Shown: one piece after another, positions 13,051 through 25,136 of the stretch
Layout of the letters: the number at the start of each line of letters is the position of its first letter
Numbering within the stretch: position 1 is the stretch's first letter
NCBI GenBank assembly: GCA_028534125.1
Contig: CM052832.1
Coordinates: 24,490,001 to 24,554,000, forward strand
Reading direction: 5' to 3'
Length of the DNA stretch: 64,000 bases
Source of the DNA: Lama glama
Lineage: Eukaryota
Translations under genes and position numbers: made by a program
Notes under the pieces: model-generated
Told to the model about the DNA's origin: nothing
The model's input: only the letters and a program-made list of their open reading frames with translations
Databases searched by the model: none

Positions 13051-13087
13051 ACACCCCCCACCCACCCACCCCCACCCCCACCCCCAC
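13051..13087 (-). repeat. (CCCCA/CCCA)n low-complexity tract with G-quadruplex potential on the - strand
   Basis: acacccccca cccacccacc cccaccccca cccccac gives at least six G3+ runs on the - strand. Confidence 0.8.
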
Positions 13088-13635
13088 ACGGTCAGGACAG
13101 ACAATAGAGAGAAAGAACAGTAAATAACCAGGGTAGTGCCCGCCATTCTTTTCAGTGAGTGTTATATTCCCCAGGCAGGGTGCTGGATGAAAGGTGGAAA
13201 GTTGTTTCCCCTGTGGGCCCGGGTACCAGATTACATGACCATATTCATAACTTCTGGCTCTTTTAAAATTACTGAGGGAGATGGTATAAGTGATACAGAC
13301 TTTGGGGTGGGAACACATTGCATTGAAATCTCTTCTCTGCCACTTTCCAGATTTTCTGATCTGGAGCTGTTTCTTTGTCTCTGAGTTTGAGTCCACAGTG
13401 CTCATTGGAAATAATAAACCTCCCTTCCCAGGCTTTTGGGGAAGATGAAAGGAGAACTAATATAGAGAACTCAGATTTTGTTAGTTTTAATCTGAAATTA
13501 TAAAACTTAAAAAAAAATGGATGAATGTACATCCCTAACTGCCTGCCAGGGGTGGGTGGTGGCAGGAAGAGCTGGCTTTGAGCCCCGGAGGAGTTAGTAG
13601 CAAACTCTGATGCCTGACTGTAGGGAGCTGGCTCC

Positions 13636-13777
13636 CCACTTGCCTGCACATTAGAATCCCGTTGCCTGGGCTGCACCCCAGACCAATTAAGGGAGGATCT
13701 CTGTAGGTGGATCCCAGGCAGCAGTATTTTTAAAGCTCTCCAGGTGATCACAGCACAGCCAAGTTTGAGAAATGATG
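13636..13777. mobile_element. MER5A/B-like MITE
   Basis: 'acattagaatc...ccccagaccaattaa...tttttaaagctctccaggtgat...cagccaagtttgagaaatgatg'. Confidence 0.75.
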
Positions 13778-14337
13778 CTTTAGGGGGATTTGAAAGTCTC
13801 CAGTTCTTCCAGGGGCTGGAAGGGTGATACCTGGAATTCTGCAGCCTGTACTTTATTCATTTTGCTTAAATAAAACAAGGACTTAAGCATCTTGCTAAAA
13901 GTATATTATGTCTGACTTAGTATGAATTAGGTTATTAAGTTCTTTGCAAAGAGCCAATATTAATAGATGGGTCTTAGAGTGGGAACAGACCAGAGGTCTC
14001 TAGAAAGCTGAGGACTAGAGCGGAAGAAACATGGAAACAAATGGAATGAAAACACAGGAAAACCCAGCAATTTCAAGCTGCTTGTTGCTTTTGGAAATTA
14101 GTCCTTGCAAAAGCGTCACCCAAGAGCTGGTTGACTTCCCCGAAAGCTCAGGAGAATGGCCCCGGTGGGTGAAGATGCTTGAAAACTTGCTATGTCTTCA
14201 AAATGTGGGATGAGGGGAAAAAGCTTATTCAGTGGTATTCACTGTAACCAAAAGTCAGTTAATTTGCAAAATGATGTATTTTTTTAAAAACTTCAAAAAA
14301 TGAACTAGAATCACTCCATATTCAAAATCTCTCTGAC

Positions 14338-15614
14338 CTCTCTTCAACAAATGGTGCTGGAAGAGCTGGAAAAGACACATTGGACACATGCAGAAGAATG
14401 AGGTTGGACCCCTCATGCCTTATACAAAAAAATTAAAATGGATCAGCAACCTTAGTGGAAGGGCTAGACTAAAACTCTTAGAAGAAAACATAGGATTAGA
14501 CTTTTGTGACTGTGGTTTTGGCAATGGATTCTTAGATATGACATTAAAAGCACAAACAACAAAAGAAAAAATACATCAATTGGACTCCATCAAAATCAAA
14601 AACTCTTGTGAATCAAAGGACACTGTCCAGAAGGTGAAAAGACAATTCATGGAATGGGAGAAAATATTTGCAAATCATGTATCTGATAAGCATCTAGTTT
14701 CTGGAATATGTAAGGAACTCTTAGAACTGCACAACCAAAAGACAACTCAGTTTTTAAATGGACAAAGGACTTGAAGACATTTTTCCAAAGACGAGATTTA
14801 AATGGTTAGTAAGCATATTGAAAAGATACTCAACATCTTCAGTGGTTAGGGAAATGCAAATCAAAACCACGATGAGATACCACTTCGTGTCCATTAGGAC
14901 GACCATAATTAAAAAAACTAGGAAAATAACAACTGTTGGCAAGGCTTTGGAGAAGTCAGAACCCTCACACATTGCTTTCAAACGATGTAGCCACTGTGGA
15001 AAACAGCTTGACAGTTCTTCAAAACTGTTAAACATGGAGTTACCATATGACCCAGCAGTTCCACTCCTAGGTATATATCCAGGAGAACTGAAAGCAGGCA
15101 TTGAAACAAAAACATACACAAGAATGTTTATAGCAGCATTTTTCATAATGCCCAAAAAGTGGATACAACTGGAGTATTTGTCAATTGATGAATGAATAAA
15201 CAGAACATGGTATATGCATGCACTGGAGCCAATATTCAGCCAAAAAGAGGAATGAAGTACTGATCCAACATGGATGAACTCTGGAAACATCATGCTAAGT
15301 GAGAGAAGCCAGACACAAAAGGCCACATGTTGTATGATTCCATTTATATGCATCATCCAGAATAGGTCAGTCCAGAGAGACTGTCCAGAGAAAGCAGATG
15401 AGTGGTTGTCAGGGGCTGAGAGGAGGAGGGAACGGGGAGAGACTGTTTAATGGGTATGGTGTTTCTTTGGGGAAACGTGAAAATCTTCTGGAATTAGATC
15501 ATCACGATGGTTGCACAACATCATGAATGTGATTTAAGAAACCACTGAATGTGTTTAAAGATGATTAAAATGGCAAATTTTTATGTAATGTGAATTTTAC
15601 CTCAATTGAAAAAT
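14338..15614 (+). mobile_element. 5'-truncated L1MB-type LINE-1: ORF2 C-terminal remnant plus 3' UTR
   Basis: ORFs 14388-14774 and 14758-15195 give L1 ORF2 peptides (PYTKK..KWI, KLLEENIG, EWEKIFANHVSDK, REMQIKTTMRYH, ELPYDPAVPLLGIYP) separated by a frameshift. The 3' UTR ends with 'gtgaattttacctcaattgaaaaa'. Confidence 0.95.
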
Positions 15615-15922
15615 AGCATGTGACCCCATCTGTTCTATAATCCTGCACTTTGGGTCTTAAACCAATCACTTAGCCATTACTAAAGGGTCTTGTTCCATCA
15701 GTTATCCTTTGTAATTTCCACTCTCTTCCTATACCTTTTTTCCTCCAAGGTCAACTTCTGCAAAGAGTCGTCTGCTCTGGTCTCACTTTCTCACCAGCAC
15801 TTCACTCATCACTCAGGCTCCAGTCCTCAACTGAGCCAGTACAAACATGGCAGCCATGGGACACATCCACCTGCAGATTCCACACCTGACCCGGAAAGTT
15901 CTGCATCTGCCCACACAGCACT

Positions 15923-16513
15923 TGTTACTGAATTCAGGTTCACCTGCTCACCACTAAAAAGACAATCATTTAAGAGGCAAGTGTCAGTAGAAAGGAAAGA
16001 TGCCTCAATCAAAAAAGCCAGCTATCTGGGGAGAAGTTGGACCCATGTCCAGAGACCAGCTCTGGCGATTCTGCTCAGCCTCTGTAACAGTTTTTAAAGA
16101 GAAAAAATGGGAAGAATCTCGGTGAATCGTCGAGGCAAGAGGTGGGGTTCGGCATCCTTCTCCACTGCATGCATGCAGGCTGGCTGACTCTCTTCAGATG
16201 TTTCCCTGCCAGTATGATCTGCCTGCAGGATTGCTAAAGGGCTGTTGGGGGTAGAAAGCTGATCATTCTTTAACTACATAATTCTTCATTCTTTTTTATC
16301 TATGTAACGAATCAACAGGTTAGGCAACACATGGTGTGCATTCAGGAGAGCATAAGTCAGGAGTTAATTTTAATTGCTTAGTGATCTCATTCCTATAATT
16401 AGGTTCTTTTAAGGTTAGATGGGGACAGAAATGGGCAAAAGAGCTGCTTTCCAAGTTCAGGTGCCTCTTGATTTATCCAGGAGGCCTTCTATAAAATTCG
16501 AAATTGGGTTTCA
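15923..16513 (-). mobile_element. Solo LTR, probably ERV1 class
   Basis: TG...CA termini (tgttactgaa ... gggtttca), ~590 bp. The start 'gttcacctgctcaccact...gaggcaagtgtcagtagaaaggaaag' resembles the antisense U5/R of ungulate ERV1 LTRs. No clean TSD was seen. Confidence 0.6.
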
Positions 16514-17479
16514 GTGTGGCAGTTGGACTCATCTATTGTGGCATCACCATGGAATATGAGCTCTTGGGGACAGATGGGAGAACCCTCACCGCCCTTCCTG
16601 CTGGGCCCAGGTGATTCCTGCAAACTCAGCACAGCGAGAGTCATCCGTACAAAAATGTAAAGTTGGGTGAGGAGGTGTAATGCTGTTACTCGCAGACCTT
16701 AAGTCCTTTTAATTCCGGATAATTGTCCACTCTGATAGCCAGATTGATCTCTGAGCCTACAGAGTGGTCCTAAAGTGGAAGGAAGCTGTGTTCATCATTC
16801 TCCTAATTTCTTTCTTTTTTTCCCTCCCTCTTTTTCTGNNNNNNNNNNNNNNNNNNNNNNNNNNNNNNNNNNNNNNNNNNNNNNNNNNNNNNNNNNNNNN
16901 NNNNNNNNNNNNNNNNNNNNNNNNNNNNNNNNNNNNNNNNNNNNNNNNNNNNNNNNNNNNNNNNNNNNNNNNNNNNNNNNNNNNNNNNNNNNNNNNNNNN
17001 NNNNNNNNNNNNNNNNNNNNNNNNNNNNNNNNNNNNNNNNNNNNNNNNNNNNNNNNNNNNNNNNNNNNNNNNNNNNNNNNNNNNNNNNNNNNNNNNNNNN
17101 NNNNNNNNNNNNNNNNNNNNNNNNNNNNNNNNNNNNNNNNNNNNNNNNNNNNNNNNNNNNNNNNNNNNNNGACAAAACAATTAAGGAGCGAGAGGTTTTT
17201 TCTCTTCTTTTGATATGTGAGGAGTTCTGAGTTTGAGAATCCCGAGCCACAATGTTAATATCGGCCCCTAATCCTGGAAGACGAAGGTGCAGGGACAAAG
17301 CCTGTTCTTTATTCTGATAGGGATGGGGGTACCTCCCTGGGATGTGTGCTCCAGAGGGGTGGGAGAGACATGGTGCTAATTCTAAAGCGATGGAGGAAAC
17401 TTTTAAGATGCTCTGTATGGGAGGAAATTCCTTGCAATTTTTAATGAAACATGATCATCAAGTATTTTTTTGTAGTTTT

Positions 17480-17618
17480 TAAAATTTATTTTTATTTTTT
17501 TGGTGGGAGAGGTAATTAGGTTTACTTACTGTTTATTTCAGTGGGGGTACTGGGAATTGAACCCAGGACCTCATGCCTGCTAAGCACGTGCTCTATCAGT
17601 GACCTGTACCCCCACCCC
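17480..17618 (-). mobile_element. vic-1-type camelid tRNA-Ala-derived SINE
   Basis: Antisense 'ggtaattaggttt...gtactgggaattgaacccaggacctcatgcctgctaagcacgtgctctatc...gtacccc'. Confidence 0.9.
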
Positions 17619-18585
17619 ATGCCCCATCATCCATGCTTTGAGTTTCAGGACTCTGAAGGCCAACTGGCTCTGTAGCTTGCTGGGGTCCTTTGCTCCGAAA
17701 GTAGTAGTTGATAAGACCTTTAATTTGAGCTTAAAATGCTGTGGCAAGTGGAATACGAGGTACCGCATTACTTGTATCTGGCTCGAGCAGGCATGTGCTT
17801 GTGCCTGCTCCCAGCCTCCCTCCCCGATCCCGTCTCCTCCCACCCTCCACACAACGGATCTTTGCTTCGAACCCGGTATCAGCTCTTCCACTCCACCTTC
17901 ATAGAAAAGGAAGAGTTGTATTTCTTGGTACTTTCCCGGCACCACGTAACCCACATCAAAGTCTCCCTGCCTTTGGTGTTTCAACAGGTAATCCCTAGAC
18001 TTAATGCCAAGTGGCATTTCTATTACTTGGTGTTCACAGCTGAGACCATTGAAATCTCAGTTTTAAGCTAGGATAGTGTTCTTAAGCCTCCTTCCAAAGA
18101 CGAGAAGTTTTCAATAGTGCCTTTGTCTTGTAATACTTTTGCTCTGATTGCATCAGAAAGTTGTGATATTTCAACAAGGAGGCAGCTACCTGGAATGGTG
18201 TAAAAAAAAAAAAAGGTTAAAATATAGAGTCGTTATATTTTTGTGCCTTTTAATTTAACAAAACAGACAAAAAAAGAAATACAGATGAGGTTGATTTAAT
18301 ATAATTATGGAAATCCTGTTGGTCCAAATATACAAAGTTGGGTAGTTACAATGGTTGCTGATTCTGAATTTTGGGACATAATTCTGTTCTTCAAAAACCA
18401 CCGAGTAGCCTTTAATCACGCTAACGATAATGTAACTTTACAGCATGGTTGGAGGTCCCGGGTGTAGCCGTGCTTTTATGTAGTAATAAATGGAAAGGAA
18501 GTTGTGGTTTTGATAGGATGGTTCCAAAGTTCTGCTTTTAATACCTTTGGTGAATTCTGGTAATTGTATCTGCCCAGGAGGATGT

Positions 18586-18610
18586 GGCTGGGGCTGGGGG
18601 GGGCGGGGTG
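18586..18610 (+). repeat. G-rich tract with possible G-quadruplex
   Basis: ggctggggctggggggggcggggtg. Confidence 0.55.
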
Positions 18611-20129
18611 TATGTGAATTCTGACTTGTCATTTTACTTTGACTCACCATTTGGTACTTTGTGAAGTCAGGCCAAATGAAATACTTGAGAATACTATCCT
18701 GTAACTCCTAATATTCCGGCAAAAAGAGAGTGAGAGGGACGTATGTAATCCTAGGAGTTTTGCTAACTCTGTTATAGAAAGGAGGGGAAACGTAAGTCAG
18801 GGGAGTCCTGCCATGCACCATAGCAGCTCAGGATTTATAAACACTTCGTAAATGATCGAGGCACAGAGCACAGCCTCTGCCCCCGCCCCCCGTTTTCACC
18901 AGGCACGTCTGCAGACTGGTCAGTGACCTTCTCCAGCGAGCGTGACCACAGCTCTCCTCTGGGGAGAAGGTTGTGGTGGCTCCTGGCAGCCCGAAAGGGC
19001 CTTGGAACCCAGGGGATGGGTCTCCACACTTCTGCACCCTGAGTGTTCTGTCTCCTGGGCCACGGTGCCTTCTCTTGGGCTTCCGCAACCCCATTTGGAA
19101 GCTGAGTATTAAACATATGAGGCCGGGAGAAATTGTCGATAAGAACCACATGCCATCTTGGTCTTTAAAAATCACAATTTCCTGGAGACGTCGTTCTGTG
19201 GCTACTCCATGCAGATGGGGTGTTTCTTGTAGTTTTTGTTTTTTTTTTTTCTTGATATGCAGACATACTTTTCTCGGGGTGCATCGTTAGATTTCTTAGC
19301 AAACTTCGCTTTATACTAGTAAGGAGGTACAGCCAGCACACAGACACCTGCAGGTCTGTACGTGTGTGGATAAAGCCTTACTTTTATGTCATAAGCTGTG
19401 TTCATCCACAGGAAGCAGAGGCATGGAGCAACATGAATTATAATTGTTTTAAAGTTTGAGAGTAGGATTTTTTCCAGCATACTTCTCTCTCTGGTTATGC
19501 GTTCTTTAGGCAGACACTAATTTTAGTTTTTAATTACCTAAGCACAGACCAGTTAATATTGATAGAAAATGGCCCGAGTACATGCTAGACAGCCAAGAAC
19601 TGCCATTTTGGAAAAACGATTTTACAAGGAGTAAGTCACAGAGATCATCAGATGGTTGATGGAAGAGAAGAGGGGATGGGATGAGAGGATGATCGAATCC
19701 ATCATCTTCAGAATACCTTGGGTTTGGGCTTCATTCCGCTGGCCAGGTCCCTCCAGCTCTTCTTGAAATCTGACTGGACACCCAGACTCCCAGGGACCTT
19801 GTGCGCTGCCGCCGCCACCACCGCACCCGGGGAAGGGGAGCTCTGCCGGGTGGAGACGGAGGCTCCAGATCCCCTGGGCTGAGCTCACCCGCAGCCCTGA
19901 CCGCTCCTCTCTCTCCCTCAGAAAGAAAATAGGAAGAGGCAGCTTTAGTCCTGAGTTGGAAAAAGAGGCTCTTCCAGGTCCTGGTGTCAGCTGACTGAGC
20001 AGTTCCCGTATTGGCTCATGTAATGATTTTTCCCCAAGTCACCAGAAAGGGAACCCTCCTGTTTTGAGAACCACAGAGTAAGAGATTTGAGGACAAGTCA
20101 GAGTGAAGGGAAAATCCCACAGTCTCAGT

Positions 20130-21140
20130 GAATCAGCACGTGTTTATCAAAGGGTTACTACCAGCGAAAGCACAATGAGGCTCAACAAGAAGCAGACGGA
20201 TGCCTACCCTGCGTTCACAGAGTTTACTGCACTCTGTCTGGGGAAAGGGTGCCTGGTTTAGGATAAGGAATAAAAGGATTAGTACCCTAAGGGAAAGGAA
20301 TAAAAACCACAGGAGTTCACATCAAAAAGAAAAGAAAAGCAAAAGTCCTTTTGATTGAGAAAGTTGTGGTGTAGGTTATTATAATGAAAGAGTGATGGAA
20401 AAAGTAGGATTTGAGCAGGGCTTGGTGTGGTTGGCTTGACTTTTAGCACGTAGAGTAGAAATGGGAGCTCTCAGAGATGAAGAGAGAAGCTCGGTTTGGC
20501 TGGTACAACATACAGAAGGGGAGAAGTGGGAAATGAAGTTGGTAAAGCTCGTTGGGGACAAGTTGTGAGGGTCCGAAGCATCAGATTTTAGAAGATTTTA
20601 CAAGCTGCAGGAACCCACGAGGGTATGGCCTGGAGAAATTGTACAATCTAGTCTAGGAGCCAGCAGGGATGGCTCACGTGGTTTCAGGGAGAGTGCTGAG
20701 GGCAAGAGGACCAGTTAGCAGTCTGCAGTGGGAGGAACAGAGTTGGAACTGGTGTAGCAGCGTGGGGATAGAGCGCGCACCGAACAGGACGTGACAAGTG
20801 ATGGACTGAGGGAGAAAGAGGAGAGGATCATGGTGCTATTAACATGAGTCAGAAATAAAAGAGGAGGACTGGTTTGGTGGGGGAAATGGAAGTAGACATA
20901 ATTTATTTGTATCGCATATATCCAGCAGCTTGTTGGGGGAGATGCCAGGGCCCAGGATACAGATGTAAGAACCATATAGAATTCAAGGAAATTATTATGG
21001 AAACAGAATTGAGCATGTAACCTTGGGGAGTACATGTCCTAGGGTTAGAAGGAACAACAGGAAGACATAAAAGCCAAGAAAGAGGAGCAGCAGAGTGATG
21101 TAAGGAACACCTGCAGAGCCCTGTCTCAGGAATCAAGACT
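20130..21140 (-). mobile_element. L2 remnant
   Basis: 'tcagcacgtgtttatcaaagggttact', 'ccctgcgttcacagagtttactg' and a long purine-rich antisense body. Confidence 0.6.
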
Positions 21141-21147
21141 ACTAGGA

Positions 21148-22170
21148 GATTGTGGTTGCAAGAGACAAAAGTTGAAGTGATTTAAGCAAAAAAAAAAAAA
21201 AAAAAAAGTGGGGGGGGAACATTTGTATCACATGCGTGTTCATTTTCTGTTGCTGTTGAGCAGATCATCATAACCCTGCTGGCTTAAATCATGTTATCTC
21301 ACCGTTTCTGCAGCCCAGAAGTCTAGCCTCAGCTTAGCTGGATTCTCCACTCAGGGTTTCCTAAGGCTGAAACCAAGGTGTTAGCTGGACTGTGTTCTCA
21401 TCTGCAGTTTGCAGTCCTTTTTCAAGCTCATGTGGTTATTGGTAGACTTTGTGTTCTTGTGGTTGTAGGACTGAGGCCCTTGTTCTGTTGCTGCTGATTA
21501 TGGGACGGGCTCCGCTCTCAGCCTCTGGTGTCCATCTCCACTTCCTCGGCACGTGGAACTCCACCCCCCACCCCAATATGTTCCTTCATGTTTTGAATCT
21601 CATTCCTGGAAAAGCCTGTCCCTTTGAAGGACTCACCTAATTAGGTCAGCCCCACCAAAGGATAAGTGTTCCATTTTAAGATCAATTCATTTAGGGCCTT
21701 AATTTTATCTGCAGCATCCCTACCCAGCAGCAGCACCAGGTGGTGTTTGATGCAATACCTAGGGTGTGTGTGCACTAGGGGACGGGGCAATTTGGAGACC
21801 ACTTTAGAATTTTGTCTGATACAACATAGCTAAAAAATTCAGGGGCGAATCTAACTTTTGGCATGGCTGGGTCCAAGGGACCTCACAGTCGTCAGGACAA
21901 AGACGTCCTGTCATTCAGCCTTGTTCCCTGCTGTCAAGCATCATTCTTACGTGGGCTTTCCTCACAAGGTGGTAGAAGTAGTTCTTCGTAGACCATGCCT
22001 CCATGGAGAGGACACCGCTTTCCTTAGTCCCAGCCAGTCTGAGAGATTTGATTGGCGTGGCTTCGGTTACATGCCTGTCCCTACGGCAGTCGTTGTGGTG
22101 AGAGGGATATGTATTCTGATTCTCTGGGCCGAGATCATATGCCCACCTTTGGAGCCAAGGCACAAATTCA
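21148..22170 (-). mobile_element. Old MaLR LTR (MLT1J/K-like), split by a younger MLT1
   Basis: 'ggttgcaagagacaaaag...ttaagcaaaaa' resumes at 21824 with 'ggcatggctgggtccaaggg...gattggcgtggcttcggttacatgcctgtccct...cagtcgttgtgg'. Confidence 0.6.
21235..21823 (-). mobile_element. MaLR LTR (MLT1D/E-like)
   Basis: 'gtgttcattttctgttgctg...aggctgaaaccaaggtgttagctgg...ttagaattttgtctgataca'; 5-bp TSD ACATG (21230-21234) / ACATA (21824-21828). Confidence 0.85.
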
Positions 22171-22835
22171 GCTCAGACCAAATAACGAGGAAAATGGGGG
22201 AGAAATTGTTCCAAAAAAGATGCTGTTCAGGCAAAAATGCTGGTCCACTAAAGAAAAGAAAGAATTGAAGGGACTACTTTATCAAATATTCTAAGAGAGT
22301 CAGTTAGGAAAGGGCCACTGTGCTTAGAAGACAGGAAGCCATTCCTGAGCTTTGAATGAGAAGGAAGTTCAGTTAAAAAGAAAGTGTTGAAATCAAACTC
22401 TAAGGGTTTAAGATGTACCCGATGAAATCCTGGCGCTGAATGTATAGTACTTTTTTTTCTTTTTTAACATGTTTTATGGTGAACAGGAGAGAGGTGACAG
22501 CCATTTGGAAATGTATCTGGGTCCAAGGAAGGTCTTTCAGGGGTAGTAATGACTGAGTATGTTTGTAGGCTGAGAAGTTGTTTTTGGTGAGGGTGGGACA
22601 GAGATTGAAGGAGGGACAGAAGGCAGAGATGACCCCAACAGGACCTGGTGCCAGTAGGAGACAAAGAGTCACAAAAAGTTTTCCCAGATTATAAAGTGGT
22701 GCGGGCTTTTTTGGGTTGTTTGGTCATTTGTCACTTCTTTGGAATGAACAGGTATCATTCATGCCAATGCATCTTACAGTAGTTAAATATACTCAAAAGA
22801 CCCTTAGCCTCTGTTTGGCTGTGTAATTGACAGAA

Positions 22836-23011
22836 CAGTGGTTCTCAGAATCTGGTCCCTTTGAGCATCACCTGGGAACTTGATAGAAATGTGAGTTCTC
22901 TGGCCCCACCCCACACCCACTGGATCAGAAATTCTGGGGGTGGGGCTCAGCAATGTGGTTTCACAAGACCCCCAGGTGTTTCTGATGGCAGTTCCAGTTT
23001 GAGAGCCAGTG
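22836..23011. mobile_element. MER5A hAT-Charlie MITE, near full length
   Basis: TIRs CAGTGGTTCTCAGA ... TTTGAGAGCCAGTG; internal 'catcacctgggaacttg...atcagaaattctgggggtgggg'. Confidence 0.9.
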
Positions 23012-24744
23012 CCTCAGAGCATCCGTGTCTCCCCTCCGCATGCCACCAGGGTTTCCTTACTAGTGGCTTTTGTAAAGCTGGGAGAATCAAGGATGAAAGC
23101 TCCTGGTGGCAGGGGAGGGGGTTGTAAATCTTGAAAGGACATGGCAACTGTTCAAAAGCCATTAGTGACTAAAAATGTAATGGATTGGAAGAACAGAACA
23201 GAGAAGGCTAAGTTTTCACTTAATTGTTCTCGAGTTCACGCAGGGCTCTCATTTGGATAATAGGCACATAGGACCTCGAAACCCCTGGAGGACAGAGAAA
23301 AGTGAGAAGGGCTTAAATTACAGCTGGAGGGTAGTGTTTCTTAGGAGTAAGTGTTACGTCATAGAACTGGTTTTGGATATGGATCATTTAAATTCAGGCT
23401 CTTCTCCTCGACACTGTTAAGAGGCTGCAAAAGAAGGCCATGGCAGGATTCTTTCATCAAGGAGCTTATAAAATTTTTGAGCCTTCAAGACTTAAATCCA
23501 GTGGAGTATAAAAAGACAATATAACAGAGTGCTGAATTGAAAAGGACCTGGGGTCAGAATGTGTGGTAGAGACTGTAAGCGCTGTGGGCAGTCAAGGGAA
23601 GGAGAAATTGGCATTGTGTCATTTTCATCTCTGGACAGAGGATGAGACGGTCAGCCCGGTGTAATTTCCCAGGTCTGATGGCGGGGTTTTGGACAACTTG
23701 GCTTCAAAAAGTTTTCCTTCTTGCTCTTTCTCTTCTTCCCAAGCTTGCTAAAGTTTGTCAAAACTACAAAGTTGAAGGGAGGGTTTCTTTTTCATGACTT
23801 TGCAGTTGGAGGATTATTAATATTTTGGGTTATATGAGAAACCAAATATGCAGGAGAGGTTACAGTTTATCCCATGTCTCAAATGGAAAGAGACTCAAAG
23901 AGAAGTTTGGCTTATTCACTTCAAACAGACTCTCAAGCTTACTTCATTCATGGGAGAACGTGAATGAGCCTGTCTGAGGATGCCTTCATTTTGTAGGTTG
24001 AAAGCAGCAAATTACTGATTTTTCTTAGTGGAAAAGTTAAGTGGTACCAGCTCTGGGATGATAGGGAACCAGAAAATACTTCAGATGAACACAGCATTTC
24101 CATTGCTTTTTATTTCTTTGTATCATTGCTGCTTACCTGAGAAAATAAATAGGTACCACACTAGGAACCAAAAGAGAAGGCTACCAGGACACTCGAAAGT
24201 GGGCAAAAAAAAAAAAAAATGCCATTTCGGTCCAGAAGAGAAATAATAAAAACATCCTAATGATCGAAAGGAAGCCAGCAAATTTCAGACGTACTACAAG
24301 GTATTAAGTTCTTTTTTTCCTTCTTCGGAACTTTACATGTAACGTGATCTATTTTTAGCTCTTTTGAGGGAGGGTTTTCTTAACTCCAGCTGTGACACGT
24401 GGGTGTTAAGAGGGAGCTTCGTCTTATTTCACTGTGACGATGGGGTGACATAAGCTGCATTGGGAAGCCAGGGTCTTGCTTTGCCGTCGGATCAGGTGTA
24501 AAACATGCACTGAATGACATTCCTCTAGCAGAAACTACTAGTGTCTGTTGCTCTGATGGCCCTGAATTTGGAAAGAAGAATAATTTCTTACTTCAAGTTT
24601 CTGAGAACAGTTCTGTCACTCATTTCTTGTTCAAGGAGACCCTGTTGAAATGGTCCAGAAAAGAAAAAAATGATGAAATAACAAGTTAATTGTACAGTTC
24701 TGGTCAGATCACATAATGCACAGGCTGATTCGTCTACCTGGAAA

Positions 24745-25070
24745 CTCAATGTCTGGCTAACTTCTGCTTATCTTTTTACTTCCCTGTTTTTAAGTGTCAC
24801 TTTTTTCAAGAAAGCTCCTCTTTCTAAATGAGGTACCCCATTATGATTGCAAATCACAGTATTTAGTTTTCCTTCTGGATGCCTATTCAATTTTCACATT
24901 TTATGCATACGCTAAAAATAGTGTACTCTGATTCTTTAATATCTGTTTCTCTTGAGGCAACGAGCTCCTTAAAGGCATCATCGTCCTTTGTCTATTGTGA
25001 TCACCATTATGAACACAGGACTTGGTGGATACGAAGCACCAAACACAAATTTGTCCAGTGAATGAATTAA
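24745..25070 (+). mobile_element. Degenerate L2 3' end
   Basis: 'gagctccttaaaggca...cacaggacttgg...caaacacaaatttgtccagtgaatgaat'. Confidence 0.5.
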
Positions 25071-25083
25071 CGAGAAAGTACTT

Positions 25084-25136
25084 TGTACCCTGGAGACTAA
25101 TGTAATGTTATATATCAATTATACCTCAATTAAAAA
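25084..25136 (+). mobile_element. Very short L1 3' tip
   Basis: 'tgtaccctggagactaatgtaatgttatatatcaattatacctcaattaaaaa', flanked by ACTTTGTA on both sides (probable TSD). Confidence 0.7.

Noticed and set aside
14388-15356. Longest ORFs (128, 145 and 200 aa) as protein-coding genes
   Set aside because: They are frameshifted L1 ORF2 remnants and their antisense shadow
16764-17298. ORFs spanning N-runs (also near 5.2-5.8 kb, 53.2-53.9 kb, 56.3 kb and 62.7 kb)
   Set aside because: Artefacts of translating N as X with no stop codons
24150-24306. Possible exon ending at CAAG|GTATTA
   Set aside because: Weak donor, no good acceptor, an internal poly-A run and no recognisable peptide
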